This document shows, piece by piece, positions 31,164-41,391 of a stretch of DNA of 64,000 bases (position 1 is its first letter; every line of letters begins with the position of its first letter). Source of the DNA: an uncultured Clostridia bacterium (GTDB lineage: Bacteria; Bacillota; Clostridia; UBA1381); the NCBI GenBank assembly GCA_934501535.1, contig CAKSUM010000007.1:47578-111577 (forward strand), written 5' to 3'. Under the pieces are notes generated by a model. It had not been told where the DNA came from. It worked only from the letters and a program-made list of their open reading frames with translations, and did not search any database. Position numbers and translations under genes: made by a program.

Positions 31164-34100
31164 CTATGCTCCGCATGCTGTCAGCATTTTGTCAATCATA
31201 ACCACCGCTTCCGCCCTTGTTGAGCTTGCAAACGGCCGGAAGTTTCCGTTTTCATCGCCGCTTACAATACCGGCTTCATGCAAAAAAGCAATTGCATCTT
31301 TAGCGTAATCGGCTGCCGTTTCTTCATCGGCAAAACCCGCCGTTTGTGTCATCGGCAAATTTTTATCTTTTAAATATCTGTAAATTATTGCCGCCATGTC
31401 CTCACGGCTGATATTTTCTCCGGCGCCGAATTTATCCTCGCTCACTCCGCTTATAAATCCGCCCGAAACCGCAGATGCAACATATGCTGCACTCCAGTGT
31501 CCGTCAAGGTCGGAAAATTCGTTTTTCGCATCAGGATTGTATTCGTTCACGGCAACAATAAACAGCTTAACAAATTCCTCTCTCGTAATGCTGTCCTTCG
31601 GTGCGAAACCTCCGTTGCCTTTTCCGGAAACAATGCCTTTTTCATACAGCTTTATAATCGCGTCCTTTGCCCATTCCGAGCCGTCAAGATCGTTAAACGG
31701 GCCGTTTGCACCCGGGTCGGGCAGTTCATTAACATCATTGGACGGGATTAAAAGATTTTTCCCCAGATTGCCCAATCCGCCGGAGCTGCCGCCCGAGCCT
31801 CCGCCGCCGGCTGCCGGATTTCCTCCTGCTTGATTTACAACCTCGTTATACGCATTTCTGAACGCCGCTGCGGCATATCCCAAAGATGCAAAAGTCTGCG
31901 ACTGCAGTTTGTTGTATATCAAATAGCCATCTGCGCGCGCATTTGCAGCGGTAATCAGCGAATCGATATTATTTGCTCCGGTAAAAAACGCTCTTCCCTT
32001 GTTAAAAATATTCTTTACGCTTTCCCAGCCGTTTAATTTTGACAAAGCATACAGTATGATTTTTTCGGCACAAACCTCCTTTATATCCTGCGATGCGGAA
32101 TATGTTCCGGAAACAATTAATTCCGCAATCGCCTGTCTGTCATTTTCCGAAAGCATCGTGCCGTAGATATAATACGCGTCGGCGGAGTTCAGCCCGAGTG
32201 TGTTGCTTTCAATCATTTTCCTCACTTCCGCTGCGGTACCGTTATTTGCAATTTCGGAAAGAACCGTATTCTTCACTGCTGCAAATAAATCCTCCGCTCC
32301 CGAAACATTTGTATAAGCCGTCAAATTCCGATATATCGCCGGCAATAAACTGCTTGATGACGCTCTCAGACTGTCATACAAATCGCACGGCATAAGCAAA
32401 TCATCAAATTCATTTTCCATAAATGACTGTTTCTCCGCCGCCGTAGCTGCCGCATTAAAGCTCTCAACAATATCATTTCTGCTTTTGGTTGTAAAGCTCG
32501 ACGTGAATGCAGCACTCATCGGCTTGCCGAGAAGTGATTTAACACCTGTTCCGACCGTTACGGTATATTGCGTACCCTGAGTTACACGTTCATCATCAAA
32601 TACAAGTCTCGCGCCTTTGTCCCCCGGGATAATTTCTTTCAACACATTCGGCGAAACAGTTATGTTTTCGGCGTTAATCGTTGTTTTATCAACGTAATTG
32701 TCAAAAACTATATTTACTGTTCTGTTTTTGGTTCCTACTTTTACGGCACCGTCCGCAGGGTCTATCGACGAAACATTCAGTTCTCCGTCTGACACCGTGA
32801 AGGTTCTAAAACTTAATTCGTACCCGTCGGCATCATCACCGTACATGGTTTTAACGCCGGAAGATACCGTGATTTTGTATTCTGTATTTATATCCAGTGT
32901 GTCAAATTCTATTTCCGCGGTTGTCAGATTTTCGTCCAAAGTAACATTTTTAATTTTACTCGGCACAGATGTAATGTTTGATATTGTCATCGGATCCATT
33001 GCCTTATCAAATTCAAGCGCAATTTTTACATTCTGAACGGGCATCTCCGATGTTCCGTCCGCAACGGACGAGCCTATAACCGCTCCGCTTCCTCGGGGCG
33101 CCGCGTCCCTGTCATAAAGCTGCCAGTTATCGGTAATAATGTTGTAACTTCCCTCCGTCATGGAAACAAGACGCATACTCTTAAGTGCCGGCGAAGCCGG
33201 GTTTCCTGCGCCCATATTTGCAGGAATTGTGAAATTTTCACGCAAGGTTACACTGCTGTTCGCCGCAACGTCCCGGCGTGTAAGATAGTTGTATACTTCA
33301 TCATTGTTTGCGTCCGGATAATGTGGGTCAAAGCACAAAACGCAGTCCTTATCCGGCGTTACATCGACCGAAACTAAGTACCTGTGTCCGGCAGTCCAAT
33401 CGATTGTCTGAAAAATCGGCTGCGATGACCATTGCCCGGTTTTCCATCTCAGAACAAAATTTCCGTTTTCTTCGACCCTCATTTTGGGGTTGGCTTCATC
33501 GCTGGGCGCATTAAATGCGGAAATGTCCTCACTGTCAAGATTTCCGTTAACAAACAGATTTTTCAGGTTTTCTTCCGTAGAAAATCCGAGTGAAGTTTTG
33601 CTGCACGCCGTTCCTGCAACGGATTTTACTCCGTCCCATGAAATCGTGTAATGCGTATCGCGCAAAAAATTTTTTTCAAACGAAATTGTAAATCCCTTTG
33701 CATTCGCCGAAACGCTGTACTGTGTTTCCGGCGAAACGGTAATGTTGTCTTTGTTTACGGTGCCTGCGTCAACGGCAAGGTCAAACTCTGCCGTAAACGT
33801 ACCGGTGCCGGCAGCAACATTTGCCGCCCCGTCCGATATGCTCGAGGATATAAGCCTCATATCCGGATAATTTTCCGATGTACGGAATTTTATACTTTTT
33901 TCCGACGAAAGAGCATATCCCGATGAGGATTTAATACCGCCTGTAAGACTGATTGTATATTCGGTATTATTAACAAGAATTTCATCAAAAACTATTCTTG
34001 CCGCCGTCTTGACAATTCCCAATCCGGAAGAATCGCCGACCTGCTCCGCATGCCACAAAACCGACGGCGTTACGCTTACCGTTTCATCGGTTATTGATGT

Positions 34101-35084
34101 GAAATCAATGTCCTTTGAGAAATTCACGGTAATTCCGCCGAGCGTAGGGCTGACGTCTGCCGTCCCGTCCGCGATGTCAGAGGAAACAAACGCCAGTGAT
34201 GAATCGTATACCGCCGTCACCGTGACGGAATTTTCCGTCATATCGGTATCGGACAAATCAGCTGTTACGCTTTGCGCATCGCGGAATGCGGAACTGTAAT
34301 CCGAATTATCGAACATATACCCCGGCTTTGCCGTCATGCTGACGGTGACGGAATACACACCGCCCGGTTCAAATACGTCCGTCTCTCCCATTGCCGCATT
34401 GTTTTTCTTCCATTCCACCGAATTAATTATGTAGTTTCCGGTAGTTGATGACGGTCTGTCGGGAACATTTCCGAGCGTAACCGCATAAATTTCATTCAGC
34501 TTCGTTATTTTCAGAGAATGGTCATAAAGTCTGTAATCAGCAAAAGTAAATTCTTCGGTTTTCGCATTTGCCGATGCATAAGTATGCACGATTTTAGTGA
34601 TGTACCCTCTGTTTGAGCCGGCGGCGGAATTTGCACACAATGCCATATGCCATGCTCCGTCGCCTTTCAGGCTGTAACTGAATGTAACGGTATCCTCCGA
34701 GCCTGTTCTTGTTATGGTTGTAACATCTATTGTTGATGTTGTGTCGGCTCCGGTGTACTTATACATAAATGCAAAATACTGCGCCATACCAAACGGTGTA
34801 CCGTTTCGTTCCGCCGTTGTGCTGCGCGGATATTCGCTGCTTATTACCGCTTCTCCGGACGAGTCTGCGGTGACGGTTACGGTTTTGCCGAATTTGCCGT
34901 CATTACCCTCCTGCATAGTAACGCCGTTGCCGGCAACTACGCTTTTATCAAGCATGTTATAATATTCGTCGGCTCTTGTACCGAAGTTTACAAATCCGGT
35001 ATTATCTGCCGCCGACACAGCTTGCGGTATCATCGAAACCGCAATTGCCAATACTGAAATCAGCGATATTAATTTATTTTTCAT
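31164..35084 (-). CDS. giant SLH-anchored surface protein B: signal peptide, four SbsA/Big_5-like Ig repeats, CBM4/9-like module, helical region, Gly-rich linker, three C-terminal SLH domains
   Basis: 1306 aa. Signal peptide ends AVSA-AD. Four repeats of the pattern S..(I/V)ADG...V......(I/V).F....D..T(I/V). Jelly-roll signature FVNGNLDSED ... ITDNWQLYD. The last 177 aa (nt 31167-31697) hold three SLH repeats (FNDLDGSEWAKDAI.., FSDLDGHWSAAYV.., FADEETAADYAKDAI..). Confidence 0.8.
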   Translation of the reverse strand: MKNKLISLISVLAIAVSMIPQAVSAADNTGFVNFGTRADEYYNMLDKSVVAGNGVTMQEGNDGKFGKTVTVTADSSGEAVISSEYPRSTTAERNGTPFGMAQYFAFMYKYTGADTTSTIDVTTITRTGSEDTVTFSYSLKGDGAWHMALCANSAAGSNRGYITKIVHTYASANAKTEEFTFADYRLYDHSLKITKLNEIYAVTLGNVPDRPSSTTGNYIINSVEWKKNNAAMGETDVFEPGGVYSVTVSMTAKPGYMFDNSDYSSAFRDAQSVTADLSDTDMTENSVTVTAVYDSSLAFVSSDIADGTADVSPTLGGITVNFSKDIDFTSITDETVSVTPSVLWHAEQVGDSSGLGIVKTAARIVFDEILVNNTEYTISLTGGIKSSSGYALSSEKSIKFRTSENYPDMRLISSSISDGAANVAAGTGTFTAEFDLAVDAGTVNKDNITVSPETQYSVSANAKGFTISFEKNFLRDTHYTISWDGVKSVAGTACSKTSLGFSTEENLKNLFVNGNLDSEDISAFNAPSDEANPKMRVEENGNFVLRWKTGQWSSQPIFQTIDWTAGHRYLVSVDVTPDKDCVLCFDPHYPDANNDEVYNYLTRRDVAANSSVTLRENFTIPANMGAGNPASPALKSMRLVSMTEGSYNIITDNWQLYDRDAAPRGSGAVIGSSVADGTSEMPVQNVKIALEFDKAMDPMTISNITSVPSKIKNVTLDENLTTAEIEFDTLDINTEYKITVSSGVKTMYGDDADGYELSFRTFTVSDGELNVSSIDPADGAVKVGTKNRTVNIVFDNYVDKTTINAENITVSPNVLKEIIPGDKGARLVFDDERVTQGTQYTVTVGTGVKSLLGKPMSAAFTSSFTTKSRNDIVESFNAAATAAEKQSFMENEFDDLLMPCDLYDSLRASSSSLLPAIYRNLTAYTNVSGAEDLFAAVKNTVLSEIANNGTAAEVRKMIESNTLGLNSADAYYIYGTMLSENDRQAIAELIVSGTYSASQDIKEVCAEKIILYALSKLNGWESVKNIFNKGRAFFTGANNIDSLITAANARADGYLIYNKLQSQTFASLGYAAAAFRNAYNEVVNQAGGNPAAGGGGSGGSSGGLGNLGKNLLIPSNDVNELPDPGANGPFNDLDGSEWAKDAIIKLYEKGIVSGKGNGGFAPKDSITREEFVKLFIVAVNEYNPDAKNEFSDLDGHWSAAYVASAVSGGFISGVSEDKFGAGENISREDMAAIIYRYLKDKNLPMTQTAGFADEETAADYAKDAIAFLHEAGIVSGDENGNFRPFASSTRAEAVVMIDKMLTACGA

Positions 35085-35098
35085 TGTGCTGCCTCCTG

Positions 35099-37975
35099 TC
35101 AGTTGTTATCGTACGGCGGCGGGAACTTTGCCCAGCCGGCATTTTGCTGCAGTACCCAAAGTTCGCCGGTTACCGGGTGAACAAGCATTTCATAAGGATT
35201 GTTTCCGCCCGACGGACCTGTCTTTACAATTGATAGGTCTGTATTGATAGTTGTAAGTACCTGGAATGTTTTTCCGCCGTCACAGCTTCGCTGCACTCCG
35301 ATGGGATTTGAAGTTGCGCCTGCATATCCGCCTACATATATAACATTTGGATACCTCGGGTCAAGCGTTACCAGCTGAAAATTGTGAGGATATAACAAAT
35401 CCTCGGGATCATATACCATATTATCCGTTATTTGTGTGGTTACGCCGTTTTCAACCTTATACAAAGCTCTTCCGGTAAAGTAATCGCCGGCAACATAATA
35501 CATTATATTATTAACGCCGTCATATTCCATATCCCAGATTTCTATGCCCTCCGTACCGTGCGCCTGCAGATTTCTCTGACTGCGCCATTCTTCGGCAGGC
35601 GGAACCTCCGCATATTTTTCCCACGTTGCACCGTTATCGTATGAAACCATTATTTCATTGCCCTTGCCGCCGTATATTTCTTTTTTTCCGTACGGATTGT
35701 GCGTATAAACGGCGTCTACTTCCATTTCTTCCCATGTGTATCCGAAATCGGTTGAGCGGTATTCCGACGCAAAAAACGTATTATAGTCAGTGGGTGACTG
35801 GCGAACCATTTCCGACCATTTTTTCGTGCTGTTTCTGTTATGTCTTATACCGGTGTCCGTCCATGTTTCACCTGCGTCGCGTGATACCAAAAGTTCATAT
35901 CCGGCAACGCCGAAACCTCCGGGCGATTTCCAGATAAATATACTTTCGCCGTCAGGAGAATATCCGCCCATGGCATAGCCGGCGTAAACCCCCGAGAATT
36001 TCCATACCCACTTCCAGTTTTTCCCCGCGTCGGTTGTAAGACCGCCGTGGAAGTCAACCGCTCCGAAGTAGAAGATGTCCGGATTATAGATATTGAACAT
36101 ATGACGGCAATCCGATGTTATTGCACTGCCGCCCTCATAGTCCCACACAAAACTTGCACCGGCATTGTCTGAGGACGTTATCCAGTCGCCGCCGAAGCTC
36201 CAGACCTTGTTTGCATCGGTCGGCGACCATACAAACATCGACTCGCGGTTATTCAGTTTCATCCAGTCCTTTGACTCATCCTCAGCAGACTGCGCCCATG
36301 TTTTGCCGCCGTCATTTGAATAAAATTTTGACGCCGTATACGATGTCAGTCCCTCATAATGAGCAATAACCATATTGTCGGGATTAACCGGACTTACCTT
36401 TAAGTTAATATTTGATTTGAACGGGTTTGTCTTATCGATTGTCGGCGGAAAACTTGTTGTTTCAATTCTTTTAAAAGTCTTTCCGCTGTCGGTCGAAATC
36501 AGTACTCCCTTGTAATCGTTGATATACACATTGTCCGGCTGTGTATCTATTACGTCCAGGCTGTAGATGATTGAGCCTTTTAATATATGTTCAAAGGTTT
36601 TGCCGCCGTCGGTTGAGCGGAAAAATCCCTCCAAATTGCCGACATACACGGTGCCGTCACGCGGATTTACCTTTACAACCGAATCTGCCATCTGTTCATT
36701 GACAACAAACCATGTTTCACCGCCGTCCTCCGTTTTCCATAAGCCGAATTTTTCATTCGGGTCATCATAATGCGGAATTTGGTCATCGGGGTAAGGATAC
36801 CAGCCGGTAAACAGTCTGTAGTTTTTCGACCAGTATGCAACGGCGCTGCCGCCGATTTTTTCGTCATAGCTCGAGGCATCATAGCATATCGATTCCCTAA
36901 GCTCCAGCTGATGTCCCGGGCGCAGCTGCGACACCTTCTGTTTCCACGAATAGCCCCTGTCGGTTGACAGGTATATTCCCGTTGCCGGACATTCTACGTT
37001 ATGACTTCCGGCAACGCTTAAAACGCGGTCCATATTGTTCGGGTCGATTGAAAACGCCTCGCCGGATATTGCATAATATCCGCGGTTGCACATCTCCCAC
37101 GTTTTTCCGCCGTCGATAGAGCGATGGAGTGAAGTTGTATCATTGCCGGCAATCAGAAAGCTTCCGTCCTTGGAAATAGCGACGGAATTCATTCGCTGAC
37201 CGCCCTCACCGCCGATTTTGACGCCCTTCGCTCGCAGCTCATCATTTATCATAGGTATGTTCTGCCATTCGCTTTGTTTTTCGTTATAAACATCAAATTG
37301 TTTTGTCGCATAATCTTTCGGTATCTCCAAAGGGTATGTATCCGAAGAAGATGCACCGCTCGCGGCAGCTGTTAATATATTGGCATATGCCCAAAAGTCT
37401 TTTTTTACATCGGTAAACCTGCATACGCCCGTACTCCTGATACTGATTCCGAGAGCACGCTGTATCAGCGCGACAGCTTCGGCACGGGTCACACTGTTTT
37501 CCATACGGTAGCTGCCGTCCTCATATCCGGAGATTATTCCCTCTTTAATAAGCGCTGCCGACATATCCTCCCTGTTCATCGCCGGATTATATCCGTTTTT
37601 CAGAATGTATATAAATTCCGCGATTTCCGCTCTTGATATGTTATTGCCGCCGCAAAATTCGCTGCCGTAGCCGTGGAGCATGTCCGCAGCATTCAGTTTT
37701 TCCAGCGCCTCCGAATACCAGCTGTCCGGCGAAACATCGGAAAATGACACGGCTTTTTTATCATCAGCGTCAATCAGCTTTGAAATCATGGACGCAGCCT
37801 CTGCACGCGTCACAAAATTATTCGGTCGAAAAGTGCCATCATCGTAACCGCTTATAAAAGCCGGTGCCGCAATGTTTTCGGCATGAACCGGAGTCAATGC
37901 CGATATGCACGATAACGCCGTTGCCGCCGCAGTGATAATGCTTAATAGTCTTTTCAAATTCTTTCTTCCTTTCAT
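35099..37975 (-). CDS. SLH-anchored Asp-box (BNR) double beta-propeller protein C, GH74-like/sortilin-like fold
   Basis: 958 aa. Signal peptide ends VHA-EN. N-terminal SLH repeats at aa 36-176 (nt about 37448-37870). Then about 12 S-x-D-x-G-x-T-W/F motifs (SIDGGKTWE, TEDGGETWF, STDGGKTFE, SNDGGKTWA, SRDAGETWT, SCDGGKTFQ and others). Confidence 0.8.
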   Translation of the reverse strand: MKGRKNLKRLLSIITAAATALSCISALTPVHAENIAAPAFISGYDDGTFRPNNFVTRAEAASMISKLIDADDKKAVSFSDVSPDSWYSEALEKLNAADMLHGYGSEFCGGNNISRAEIAEFIYILKNGYNPAMNREDMSAALIKEGIISGYEDGSYRMENSVTRAEAVALIQRALGISIRSTGVCRFTDVKKDFWAYANILTAAASGASSSDTYPLEIPKDYATKQFDVYNEKQSEWQNIPMINDELRAKGVKIGGEGGQRMNSVAISKDGSFLIAGNDTTSLHRSIDGGKTWEMCNRGYYAISGEAFSIDPNNMDRVLSVAGSHNVECPATGIYLSTDRGYSWKQKVSQLRPGHQLELRESICYDASSYDEKIGGSAVAYWSKNYRLFTGWYPYPDDQIPHYDDPNEKFGLWKTEDGGETWFVVNEQMADSVVKVNPRDGTVYVGNLEGFFRSTDGGKTFEHILKGSIIYSLDVIDTQPDNVYINDYKGVLISTDSGKTFKRIETTSFPPTIDKTNPFKSNINLKVSPVNPDNMVIAHYEGLTSYTASKFYSNDGGKTWAQSAEDESKDWMKLNNRESMFVWSPTDANKVWSFGGDWITSSDNAGASFVWDYEGGSAITSDCRHMFNIYNPDIFYFGAVDFHGGLTTDAGKNWKWVWKFSGVYAGYAMGGYSPDGESIFIWKSPGGFGVAGYELLVSRDAGETWTDTGIRHNRNSTKKWSEMVRQSPTDYNTFFASEYRSTDFGYTWEEMEVDAVYTHNPYGKKEIYGGKGNEIMVSYDNGATWEKYAEVPPAEEWRSQRNLQAHGTEGIEIWDMEYDGVNNIMYYVAGDYFTGRALYKVENGVTTQITDNMVYDPEDLLYPHNFQLVTLDPRYPNVIYVGGYAGATSNPIGVQRSCDGGKTFQVLTTINTDLSIVKTGPSGGNNPYEMLVHPVTGELWVLQQNAGWAKFPPPYDNN

Positions 37976-37987
37976 ATTAAAGTCGAT

Positions 37988-40900
37988 TTAATTAAGATAC
38001 GGAGATGGGAATTTCACCCAGCCGTTACAGCTTTGCGAAACCCACAGCTCACTTGTTTCCGGATTTACTATAATATCATACGGATTTATTCCTCCGCATG
38101 TGCCGCCGGTTACAACCGTATCGCTGCCGTTCGTTGTAAGCGTTCGGAAGGTTTTCCCGCCGTCCGTCGAACGCTGGACTCCGTAAGGATTTGACATATT
38201 TCCCATATAACCGCCGACATAAACCACATCGGAATGGTTGGGATCTGCCGCGCAAAGCTGAAAATAGCTGTCCTTTTTCAGATTTCCGGTAAGGTTTGTA
38301 TTGGATTTTCCGCCGTTATACAGCTTGCCGAAATATGTTCCCGTATGATACGGCCCCGTTACATAATACATTATTCCGTTAATTCCGTCATAGGACATAT
38401 CGGTTATCACATTTTCATATGTGAGTCCGCTGCATCGTGCAGACGCATATTTACTCCATGACGCGCCGCTGTCATATGACACAAAAATATTAAGTCCCTT
38501 AAATCCGTAAATTTCCTTTTTTCCGTACGGGTTATGCGTGCAGACCGCGTCAACCTCGGTCATTTGCGTCCACGTTTTTCCAAAGTCTGCGCTGCGCCAG
38601 TTTGCCGCAAACAGGACGTTCCTGTCGGTCGGCGACTGATAGCACATCTCGGCTGACTTATGCGTGCTTGACGGCTCATGACCGGTATCCGTCCAGCTTT
38701 CGCCGCAGTCATACGATACCCATATGCTCCGTACCCCGTCCGTGCTGACAATCGCTATAAGCGTGTTTTCATCTGCGGCGTATGAACCGTAAACATATCC
38801 CGCATATTTTGAGCCGGTTTTCCATATATACTTCCACGTCTTTCCGCCGTCCGCGGTCATTGCTCCGTTAAAATCATGAGAGCCGTAGTAGAACAGGTTC
38901 GGGTCATACACGTTGAATACCGTGCGCTGATCCGCAAATACCTCCCCACCGCCTTCGTAATGCCACGAATAAGTTCTTCCGGCATCTTTGGAAAGGGTTA
39001 TCCAGTCGCCGCCCGTACTCCAGACTTTATTTTCGTCCGTGTTGCTCCATGCGTATATCGGGTGACGGTTGTTGCTGACAAAAAAATCCTTGCTGTCATC
39101 ATATCCCGATAATGCCCATGTTTTTCCGCCGTCTTGAGAGAAATATTTTTCTGAGCGGTAATTGCCTCCGTCATAGCTTCCTACAGCCATGTTATCGGGA
39201 TTTACCGGGCTGACCTTTAAAAACCGTACTATCCTGTCCGCATTGCCGCTTTCGGCATTATGCGGAAATCCGCTCGCGGATATTCGTGTGAAATTCCGTC
39301 CGCAGTCGCCGGACACCAAAACGCCGCTTCCGTCATTTATCCAGACGTAATCCTCATATCCCTTTTTGTCGATTACATCAAGCCCTAAAATCATTTCGCC
39401 GGACAGTATCTGCGTAAAACTCTGTCCGCCGTCCTCCGAACGGAAAAATCCGTCGGGATTTGCCGCATACACATACCCTTTCGTCGGGTGAACTTTAATA
39501 ATGCTGTCCGACATATTCTCATTCACAACAAACCATGATTTTCCGCCGTCCGTTGTTTTCCAAAGTCCCTTTTTATCGGTATCTGTCGCAATAACGCTGT
39601 TTTCTTTCAGCGGAACGTCATATCTCTGAAGCCGCCATATCCTTGACCAGTATGCAGTCCGGCAGCCGCCGGTGCCGTTTTCGGACATAGGGTCAAACGC
39701 AACAGACTCCCTGAAATCAAAGGTAGTTGCCGATGTCGGCTGTGACAGTGTCTGAGTCCATGTTTCGCCGCAATCCTCCGATATGTAAATTCCGTTTTTA
39801 TCCGTAATGTATTCCGAAAATACGTCAAAAGACGGAATTTGCAGACTGCCTGCTGCAATAATTTTATTGCGGTTTGCAGGGTCAATCGCGATTGCCGTTG
39901 CGCCCCACGCGTAAAATCCTCCGAAAATATCCGTCCACGTTTCACCGCCGTCAATCGAGCGGTTCAATCCGCCCGTATCGTTGCCGCAAAACAGCACTCT
40001 GTCATCTTTGGATACCGCCAGACTGAAAATTCTCTGTCCGCCCTCTCCGCCGAGCTTAACGCCGTTTTTTATCTGCTTCTGCGAAATCATGTTTATCGGC
40101 GTCCATTCGCTTTTGCGCCTGTTGTCGGTATCCGGAACGTCCTCAGGAATTATCTCCTGCGTTTCCGCCTGTACAAGCGGAATCAGACTGTCATGACTTT
40201 TCCATAAAAAACATTTTACCTCCGCGGTACCGCTTTTAAGTTTTGTATCGATATTCTGCATCAGCTGCTCTGCATTCTTTGCGGTTTCCGACGTAACCTC
40301 CTGCAATTCAAGCAGATTGCCGCCGTCATCATAATAAGCCATCAGAAAAGAAAAATCCGAATTTGGATTTAAAGTACAATACTTTCGGACAGCATATGAT
40401 ATTTGTGCTGTCTGTTCCCTCGGCAACAGTCTGAATTTCACTGTAATATCCGCATCATTTTCGGGCATTGTGAATATGTATCTGCCGTTTTCATTCACGG
40501 TCTCATCGCCGTTTACGTATACTCCGGCAATGCTGTACCCCTTCCGTTCTTTTACCGTAAAACTAACTTTATCTCCGGCATTGGTCATATTTTTGCCGTT
40601 TATCCGCGCATATGACCCCTCATCAAGGATAACGCGGCTATCGGCGTTAATTTCATATGCGTCCGTAATATCGTAAACCTCTATATCGTCAATATAAAAT
40701 CTCGCTCCCGGCGGCGCCGACGCGCCGTCAAGTATGCCTATCTGATGCAGAAAATGCTTTCCGCTCCAGCCGTCAGCGCTGACAACTGCCGCATATTCTC
40801 CGTTTGATGTCTGCCGCTCCAATATTCCGGAAACTGTTTTAAAATTCGGATACAGTCCTGCGTCAATTGTTTCGTAATTGCTGCGCCAGTCAACTATTCT

Positions 40901-41227
40901 CGTCTGTCCGTCGCCGGCAATTTTATATGAATATGCCGCTTTTGTATTTTTGCCGACATTTATATCTGCGCCGGTCAATATGTTCGCTACCCCTGCGTCC
41001 TCACCGCTGCAGGTATAAACTCCGGCAAATCCGGATTCTACGGCTATGCGCGAAACACTTCCGCGCCGTTCCTCCGCCGTTGTAAAATCTTCCGGCATTC
41101 CGTTTTCAAAGTCGCCGTTTTTAACAAGATTAACAAGCGTGGTTCCGCCTTGCGCATAAGCTGCGCCCGGCGGTATCGCTGCTGCCGTTATTGCGGCTGC
41201 TGTAATAATTGATAAAAGTTTTTTCAT
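37988..41227 (-). CDS. secreted Asp-box (BNR) double beta-propeller protein D with N-terminal CBM-like plus InlB-B-repeat-like module (paralog of C, no SLH)
   Basis: 1079 aa. Signal peptide ends AYA-QG. N-terminal LVNLVKNGDFENGMPEDF ... FYIDDIEVYDIT. About 12 Asp boxes (SIDGGETWT, TTDGGKSWF, SQDGGKTWA, TADGGKTWK, STDGGKTFR and others). Collinear similarity to C, including the C-terminal ELWV..Q...GW.KFP.PY. Confidence 0.8.
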   Translation of the reverse strand: MKKLLSIITAAAITAAAIPPGAAYAQGGTTLVNLVKNGDFENGMPEDFTTAEERRGSVSRIAVESGFAGVYTCSGEDAGVANILTGADINVGKNTKAAYSYKIAGDGQTRIVDWRSNYETIDAGLYPNFKTVSGILERQTSNGEYAAVVSADGWSGKHFLHQIGILDGASAPPGARFYIDDIEVYDITDAYEINADSRVILDEGSYARINGKNMTNAGDKVSFTVKERKGYSIAGVYVNGDETVNENGRYIFTMPENDADITVKFRLLPREQTAQISYAVRKYCTLNPNSDFSFLMAYYDDGGNLLELQEVTSETAKNAEQLMQNIDTKLKSGTAEVKCFLWKSHDSLIPLVQAETQEIIPEDVPDTDNRRKSEWTPINMISQKQIKNGVKLGGEGGQRIFSLAVSKDDRVLFCGNDTGGLNRSIDGGETWTDIFGGFYAWGATAIAIDPANRNKIIAAGSLQIPSFDVFSEYITDKNGIYISEDCGETWTQTLSQPTSATTFDFRESVAFDPMSENGTGGCRTAYWSRIWRLQRYDVPLKENSVIATDTDKKGLWKTTDGGKSWFVVNENMSDSIIKVHPTKGYVYAANPDGFFRSEDGGQSFTQILSGEMILGLDVIDKKGYEDYVWINDGSGVLVSGDCGRNFTRISASGFPHNAESGNADRIVRFLKVSPVNPDNMAVGSYDGGNYRSEKYFSQDGGKTWALSGYDDSKDFFVSNNRHPIYAWSNTDENKVWSTGGDWITLSKDAGRTYSWHYEGGGEVFADQRTVFNVYDPNLFYYGSHDFNGAMTADGGKTWKYIWKTGSKYAGYVYGSYAADENTLIAIVSTDGVRSIWVSYDCGESWTDTGHEPSSTHKSAEMCYQSPTDRNVLFAANWRSADFGKTWTQMTEVDAVCTHNPYGKKEIYGFKGLNIFVSYDSGASWSKYASARCSGLTYENVITDMSYDGINGIMYYVTGPYHTGTYFGKLYNGGKSNTNLTGNLKKDSYFQLCAADPNHSDVVYVGGYMGNMSNPYGVQRSTDGGKTFRTLTTNGSDTVVTGGTCGGINPYDIIVNPETSELWVSQSCNGWVKFPSPYLN

Positions 41228-41391
41228 AAACTACCATTTTCCCGTTTCATGAACTGATTTGAACACCGTACAGCATAGGTCAAGGCAGCCGGCAGCATAA
41301 ACCGGTCGCCCTGACTCACAGCCGTAACATCGTATTTTGCCGTCCGAAATTTTAAATTATCGGACAATAATTTTTACCGCACCGTACATAC

